The notes beneath the pieces were generated by a model. That model saw nothing but the letters and a program-made list of their open reading frames with translations. It was not told the DNA's origin and made no database searches. From Macrostomum lignano (lineage: Eukaryota): DNA of 64,000 nucleotides. The translations under genes and the position numbers were made by a program. Shown here piece by piece: positions 56,426 through 64,000 of the stretch (its first letter is position 1; each line of letters starts with the position of its first letter). Location: assembly GCA_002269645.1 (NCBI GenBank), contig NIVC01000421.1, positions 248,001 through 312,000 on the forward strand, written 5' to 3'.

Positions 56426-58529
56426 TGAAATTTCTTGATTCCGGCCAGTGTGACAGGGTATTGAAGCCCAAGCTGGTAAATATGGTAATATTGGTATTAA
56501 TAAAATATGGTAATATTGGGGTCCTTATGGCTATGGAATATATAAAATTGGAATAACCCATAGTTTTGCTTATGGCTACGGCTATGGTATATAAACCCTC
56601 TTTATGGTTTAACACTAGTATTTTGTTCAAGTAAAGAAAATTTATAGTGACTTAGTTTAAATTTGAATTCATGAATCTAAATGTCAATTGTAAAATAAAT
56701 ATATATATTTGTTCTTATGTTTTACAAAAAAGTTCTAGCACATGATGCCCTATTGAAATGTATAGAAAACCTGTGGACACCATAGTCCAGATCATGCTGG
56801 GTACACTCCCAAACAAAAATCAAATAATTACAAATGCATGCCAAAAATGAATGCAAGCCTATTCTTTTTCTTTATTCTACTTCACAATAACTCTTCTGTG
56901 TGATTCTATAAAGTGCATGCCAGGTTTGCATGTACACTATTTTCTTAGGAGTGATATACATCAACTATGCATGCCTACTTTCATGGCATGCAAGGCCAAT
57001 GCATACCTAAATTTTTGAGTATATACTATGAGTATATGATCCAAAGTGTGGTAGACATACAACATGGGGTCTAAAATTGTAGTTGAAAATGCAACATGAC
57101 AAAGAACATGTTAACTTTCACACTAAATATAGGCATCATATTAATTAGATGATGAGGCATTTAGCCTTAATAACACAATCATAATTACTCTTGCCATTTA
57201 CCCAAAAACTGCATTGTGCTGCTGCAACACTATCTGTCTTGATTCCAGTTGCAATGCAACACCAAAAGATAAAAAAATTGCAACAGATAGTTGAATGCCA
57301 TTTGTCTACTTATTCTAATAATGCATGATACAAGCAAACTTAATTTATTCAAAGAGAAAATAATAGCAATGTCCTAGTTTCCCCCATTAAATATTTTTGA
57401 CACCAGACTATTTGACAAAAAGCTAAAATATGTTTATTAATATTAAAAACAGCATTGTACTATGTAATAATAGGTCATCATTATACAAGAAGTTGCTAAA
57501 ACACTTCTTTGGATAGAGTTGGCACCAGAGGAACTTGCTAAGATATGAGTAGAAAAGGCTGTCACTAGTGCCGTGCTGGCTATAGGACTTTGCCTTCACT
57601 TGTACCTAAGTATTTTAATGATTTTTGTATCATATAAACAATTAGATTGTTTGGATCAACAAAATGCAGATGATAATTGACAAAATGTACAAAATATACA
57701 AAAAGGCATCTTGGATGCTAATATAAATTTTCCATAGATATTTCATTAAGCCATAACTCATTAATAGTATCAATAAAGTTTATTACGTAAGGCCAATATA
57801 ATATAGCTTAAAATGAGTTATGCATTCTGGCATGCATTCAAAATGAATAATCTTGACTAAAATATAGTTTATATTATAGGAGCTATATTATATACTATTT
57901 TCATAGTCAAAATGGCCTTTGCTATAGAAAGTTCTAATATAGAAAGGTCTCTAATATATTTAGTATATGGCTATATCGTACATTAAGGTTTCTAGCATGT
58001 TTAATATGTCTTTTGAATGCAAATTTGACAAAAGAATAATTACCTTTTTTAGTCTAACTTATATTTTCAAACATTTAATTTTAGTTAACAGTCAAAAAAG
58101 ATCCAACCTCAATCCTAAAAACAAGGATCCTAAAGGGTTGTTAAGATCCTAATCCCAATGATAGTACAAGTCAGGAATTAGGATTACATTTTAAGTTTTT
58201 TTTCTTTGTAGAGCAACTTTTATTTTGAGCCCACTACTAAAATAATATATTGTTTTGTTTGTTTAAATCAACAAAAAGCCATAAAATAGTTGGCATTTAT
58301 GTCTTAGTATATTTAAATATTTAATGAAATTGATTTTCTAACAATATGATAATTTAGAAAATTATCATTAGAATATAAAATATTATTCTTTAATCACTAT
58401 GGAAGCTTGAGGATCATCAAGTTGGATTTCAGTCTTGTTCAATTACTAGCTTAAATTCTCTCTAGTAGAAGAATGTTTATTTTATAAAAAAACAAAGTTT
58501 TCAGCTAATTAAAGAGACAAACAGGTTTT

Positions 58530-58990
58530 TTATTATTAGCAATGCTGAGAATGCATTTGCTCAACATTCTAGTTGCTGGGATGCAACTTAACCTTTTGAT
58601 AAGTAGAACAACAAAAACTATATTGGGCCTAGTATATTAGTAGATAAGTAGCTTATGGCTCTACTGATAACTCCAAATATAGTTTTAAGCTGGTTCATGT
58701 AGCTTGCATTGAACTTGCAATTAAATTTATAATAGTGAATTCCAAAATCAATTTGCACATGAAGCTGCACTTTGAAGTTAGAGGCTCTTTCATTTTTACC
58801 ATGTCATTTTTTTATCCTCAGCTGGCATGACTGCTATATTGGAGTGTGAATCTTGGTCCTTCAAGATCTTAGAAGCAACCATTGACTATAGATAGTCCCT
58901 CTGTTGATTGGAAAAAAAGCTAACTTGTGGTGCAGGTCAAAAATGGTTGCCAAGATACAGGATTTATGTTCAACAATAAAGTCAAAAAAA
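58530..58990 (-). pseudogene. Relic hAT-type transposase fragments
   Basis: ILATIFDLHHKLAFF (about 58915-58960) resembles LATxLDPRxK. KRLSCIPATRMLSKCILSIA (about 58537-58600) resembles the hAT dimerisation motif LxIPATSxxSERxFSxA. No intact ORF. Confidence 0.5.
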
Positions 58991-60908
58991 TACTTGCGCA
59001 GCAACTGGAGTAGAGAATCAATTATTGTCCCCATCTCACTGACTTGAGCTTGCTGCTTCTCAAGAAATCTCTGAAATCTGGCTCACATCAAAATGAGATA
59101 AGAGATAATAGTTGTTTTTTGCTTAGTTACAAAGTTGCCTCCTCAACAGACGAGATCAACTTTTCAACAAGTGGGAATTCTTTCTTAGTAAATTCTTCAA
59201 CTTCTGATAGTCCAGCTATGAATGCATTGATTGCAGATTTTTTCTTTGCAAAGTGTCTTAGTATTTGTAGTAATGAGTTTTACCATTTTTATCAGCTTAT
59301 TTTTAGGCATTTTTAGGCAGTTCTAGTTGTTCTTGGAGCTTCTTAAAGCATTTTTGATAGGGCTTCAGTAGTAGATATAAGCGTGTTCCATTCTTGCAAT
59401 AACAAAGAATGAGATTATCAATTCCAAAGAATGAGATGATCAATTCCAAAGAATCCTAACTGAGCCACCCCAGAGAAAAATTATTGCATATCTGGCACAC
59501 AATGGGTCTATTTATAGCATATGCTAAAAATGATGGCCCTAAAGAGTCCACTGTCATCAAGCCACAAGTCTATGGCCATAGACTGCTACTTCAGTGCTTC
59601 TTGAATAATAAGATTTATTTTGTAAGCTACACAACCAATGTTCAACTAATACCTATTCAATCAATATTTTGGTGCCAGGATTGTCAGCTGCCAAGTCATG
59701 TTTGACAGCTCAAGCATGCTGTTTGCACTGTTTTTTTCACAATGCTAACAGTTTTATTGTTGTAGATGTTAAACTCAATCATTAGCTTCAGCAGTAGGCT
59801 TACAACATTTATTGCAATGTGCACCTTTTCTATTAGCTTTATAGCTAGTGTAGTTTCAAGAAAGTTGAAGTCATTGTCCAAACCTTGCACCATAGGCTTA
59901 AGAAAGAATTGCTCATCTATAATCTCATTCTTAATTGTCTAGATGTCAAAAGTAATAGCTAAAAACTTAGTGTTTTGCAAGTTTTTCAATACTTTCTCTA
60001 AAAAATGGCTTATTCAGTCATTATTATTTCTTCTTTGACGTTTTCTATTGCTTGGTTTTAATACTGTATTATATTAGAACAAGGCAACCTGTGCAGAGCC
60101 TTGCATAAGCTTTATAGCTAAGCTGCATAGTCTTTACAGACCCACAAAAGACCACATAAAGTAATTGCTTTTGCCTGTTATTGTGCAAGAATTTTCTTGT
60201 TCATATGTTGTCTTTGATAGTCTAGGCTATGCTATCCTAACAATAGCCTTTATTTTATTAATAAATCTTCTCTACCTATAAAAATCAAAACTCTGTCTTA
60301 TATATATAAAGGCAATTAAAAAGATTAAGACAAGGGTTCTGTCTTGTTTTTTCATATCTGGAATGCCATATTATATTTTATAAAAATATATTTATATCGA
60401 AAAATATATTTTCTGAAAGTATATATAGAAATCCTAGATTAATCTAGCATACAAAAAGTCTTATTTGCAAAAATAGTATACTGTATGTATACTTTGTTTT
60501 GGTTTATATTGCTATATGCAGTAAAATATTTTCAAATTGGAGAATGCATCTTTTGAATACCATAGTAAAGAAGCTAGCATTACATGGATTGCAAAACATT
60601 TTTTGATGGGTAATCTATATGGTATCTATTCATTTTTTGAGTATGAATCTTTGCAAAAATATTAAGAAATTAAATGTTTGAAAATGTGAGTTAAATTAAC
60701 AAGTAACTATGTTTTATAACAAATTAATTTTTTCTACATTATATGAGGATTCTAATCTAGTATGCAAGAAGGTACTGACGTTGTAGTATTACTTCTGATT
60801 GTAGCTAATTGTTTGTAAATTGTAGACCCACACAATAGGTATTGCTGACAAAAATGACAAGTCCCTATAAGTTATTTTTTCATATTTTTATTTGTAGAAT
60901 CAGACGAG

Positions 60909-63900
60909 ATGGTGTCTGGAATCCGCGGCAATGTTGGCCGATCAGAAAGCATGCGAACTGGCGCTGTAAGTAGTAAATTTCGGACTGATAGTTTCAAATT
61001 AATTAAAGTTTTTTAGCCACAGTTGCTACTTAGTTAGTAGGCGCTTAAGAAAGTTGCATGACATAGTTCTTACTAAGCCGACGTGTAACCCTTGGTCTTG
61101 TCTGTCTATGAGTTGTCACGCTGTCGGAGCGTGTCTAGTGGGGTTGGCAGTTAAGTAAATAAGTGCACACTCGCTGTGTTGGGGCGGTGTCTGTTCTCAT
61201 GAATGGCTTGGTGGGTGTGCTATGGGGGCTACAGAGGGAATTCCCTCGGTTCTTAAGCGAAATTTGCTAGGCTGTATTTTTTCTTTCTGTTCATTCACGC
61301 GCTCAGTGCGTGCTGCGCTTGGTTACAATAGAATATCTGGTTTAATCCAGTTGGCTTAAAGCTAACCCACACTTTTCCCGCGCTTTTTTGCTAGCACTAA
61401 AGCCTGTGACACTTTTAAGGCTGATGAGATTTTTGTGGCTATTTTAACAACAGACATTGAAATTGAATGACCAGACAGTTTTATTGAATGACCAGACATA
61501 GGGATTGAATGAGCAGAAATAGGGATTGAATGAGCAGAAATAGGGATTGAAATGAGCAGAAATAGGGATTCTATGAGCAGAAATAGGGATTGAATGAGCA
61601 GAAATAGGGATTGAATGAGCAGAAATAGGGATTGAATGAGCAGAAATAGGGATTCTATGAGCAGAAATAGGGATTGAATGAGCAGAAATAGGGATTGAAT
61701 GAGCAGAAATAGGGATTGAATGAGCAGAAATAGGGATTGAATGAGCAGAAATAGGGATTGAATGAGCAGAAATAGGGATTGAATGAGCAGAAATAGGGAT
61801 TGAATGAGCAGAAATAGGGATTGAATGAGCAGAAATAGGGATTGAATGAGCAGAAATAGGGATTGAATGAGCAGACAACTGGCAATATTTTTAGTCGGTG
61901 GATTCTCACGACTCGGTCGGTGGCGGCTCGACTGGCAACGGAGGCAGCGGCGGCCCCGGCTCCAATGTGCGGCTGGGATTTGCTAATCTGCCCGATCAGA
62001 TGCATCGCAAAGCGGTTAAGAAAGGCTTCAATTTCACTCTGATGGTGGTTGGCGAGAGCGGCTTGGGCAAGAGCACCCTGATTAGCAGCCTGTTCCAGCA
62101 GGACCTGTACAAGGACCGCGAGCTGGGCAGCGCCACAGAGAGAGTGAACAAGACTACTGAGATTGATAAGCGCCAAATTGAACTGGATGAGAAAGGCGTT
62201 AAACTGAGATTAACAGTTGTGGATACTCCCGGCTTTAATGACGCCATCAACTGTCAGGACTGCTGGCGTCCAATCGAAGACTATATTGACAATACGTTTG
62301 AGCAATATTTTAAAGACGAATGCGGACTTAATCGGAAGAATATCGTCGATCATCGGGTACATTGTTGTCTGTATTTTGTTAGCCCCTGCGGCCACGGACT
62401 CCGGCCTATCGATGTTGAACTCATGCGCCGTTTGCACTCCAAGGTTTGCGCTGGTTTGTTATGAATGTCTGACCTTCTTTACCCTCTTGACATCTACTCT
62501 GACCTTCTTTACCCTCTCGACATCTACTCTGACCTTCTTTACCCTCTTGACATCTACTCTGACCTTCTTTACCCTCTCGACATCTACTCTGACCTTCTTT
62601 ACCCTCTTGACATCTACTCTGACCTTCTTTACCCTCTCGACATCTACTCTGACCTTCTTTACCCTCTCGACATCTATTCTGACCCTATTTACCCTCTCGA
62701 CATCTATTCTGACCCTCTTTACCCTCTCGACATCTATTCTGACCCTATTTACCCTCTCGACATCTATTCTGACCCTCTTTACCCTCTCGGCATCTATTCT
62801 GACCCTATTTACCCTCTCGACATCTATTCTGACCCTATTTACCCTCTCGACATCTATTCTGATCCTATTTACCCTCTCGACATCTATTCTGACCCTATTT
62901 ACCCTCTCGACATCTATTCTGACCCTCTTTACCCTCTCGACATCTATTCTGACCCTATTTACCCTCTCGAAATCTATTCTGACTCTCTTTACCCTCTCGA
63001 CATCTATTCTGACCCTATTTACCCTCTCGACATCTATTCTGACCCTATTTACCCTCTCGACATCTATTCTGACCCTCTTTACCCTCTCGACATCTATTCT
63101 GATCCTATTTACCCTCTCGACATCTATTCTGACCCTATTTACCCTCTCGACATCTATTCTGACCCTCTTTACCCTCTCGACATCTATTCTGATCCTATTT
63201 ACCCTCTCGACATCTATTCTGACCCTATTTACCCTCTCGACATCTATTCTGACCCTCTTTACCCTCTCGACATCTATTCTGACCCTATTTACCCTCTCGA
63301 AATCTATTCTGACTCTCTTTACCCTCTCGACATCTATTCTGACCCTATTTACCCTCTCGACATCTATTCTGACCCTATTTACCCTCTCGACATCTATTCT
63401 GACCCTCTTTACCCTCTCGACATCTATTCTGATCCTATTTACCCTCTCGACATCTATTCTGACCCTCTTTACCCTCTCGACATCTATTCTGACCCTCCAT
63501 TTACCCTCTCGACATCTATTCTGACCCTATTTACCCTCTCGACATCTATTCTGACCCTATTTACCCTCTCGACATCTATTCTGACCCTATTTACCCTCTC
63601 GACATCTATTCTGACCCTCTTTACCCTCTCGACATCTATTCTGACCCTCCATTTACCCTCTCGACATCTATTCTGACCCTCTTTGACCCTCTCGACATCT
63701 TTTCTAACATTTTGTTTATCTCTTTACCTTTTCGACATCTGACTATAATTTTGCCATCCCTTCGATCAAATTGATCTCAAGCAATCTCTTTTATCTCTCT
63801 TATCCCAATCCCACAAATCCCATCCTCCCAGGTGAACATAGTTCCAATCATAGCCAGGGCGGACACGCTGACCCAAGCCGAGCTGCGCGATTTAAAAGAG

Positions 63901-64000
63901 CGCGTACTGGCCGACTTGGATCGGCACAAAATCCAGACCTACCGAATGCCCGACACCGACTCTGACGACGACGAAGAGACCCGACGTCAGGAGTCCGACA
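60909..64000 (+). CDS. Septin, SEPT2 subgroup (SEPT1/2/4/5-like), 3' truncated by the window edge
   Basis: Exons 60909-60965, 61895-62443 and 63832 to beyond 64000, all phase 0. Motifs: [35 protein letters not shown] (P-loop), [37 protein letters not shown]. Confidence 0.96.
61490..61875. repeat. 21-nt minisatellite (GAGCAGAAATAGGGATTGAAT)n, septin intron 1
   Basis: Directly visible. Confidence 0.96.
62468..63705. repeat. 30-nt minisatellite (CTGACCCTATTTACCCTCTCGACATCTATT)n, septin intron 2
   Basis: Directly visible. Confidence 0.97.

Noticed and set aside
62217-63676. 403-aa and 435-aa repeat ORFs continuing from septin exon 2
   Set aside because: The septin resumes at 63832 (SK|VNIVP) after a canonical GT-AG intron, so the ORFs are 30-nt array artefacts. 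The same applies to repeat ORFs at 46-869, 9009-9627, 19069-19967, 37567-38142 and 43561-45412.

Overview
Eukaryotic (metazoan) genomic DNA, not prokaryotic. GC-rich spliced exons sit in AT-rich spacers. The style (huge intronic minisatellites, compact exons) suggests a Macrostomum-like flatworm, which is an inference only. I reconstructed seven intron-containing genes by hand from GT/AG sites and reading phase: a partial unknown gene (-, left edge), SNAPC4/SNAP190 (-), a casein kinase 1 family kinase (-), an uncharacterised four-repeat-domain protein (+), PPIP5K/VIP1 (+), a serine beta-lactamase-fold protein with a broken SxxK motif (-), and a SEPT2-group septin (+, truncated at the right edge). 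Mobile DNA includes a tRNA-derived SINE with a 12-bp TSD, two nested MITEs with TSDs and an in-window empty site, a decayed Penelope-like element with a decayed hammerhead-like motif, and hAT transposase relics. The dominant unexplained structure is that almost every intron longer than 300 nt is filled nearly edge to edge by its own private tandem array (4-60 nt units). Arrays also abut stop codons, while the long intergenic spacers are almost array-free. Several arrays are built from splice-signal-like sequence, one lies in frame inside an exon, and one grows out of a stop codon. Most long ORFs in the supplied track are artefacts of these arrays. All gene identities come from motif recognition, not database searches.
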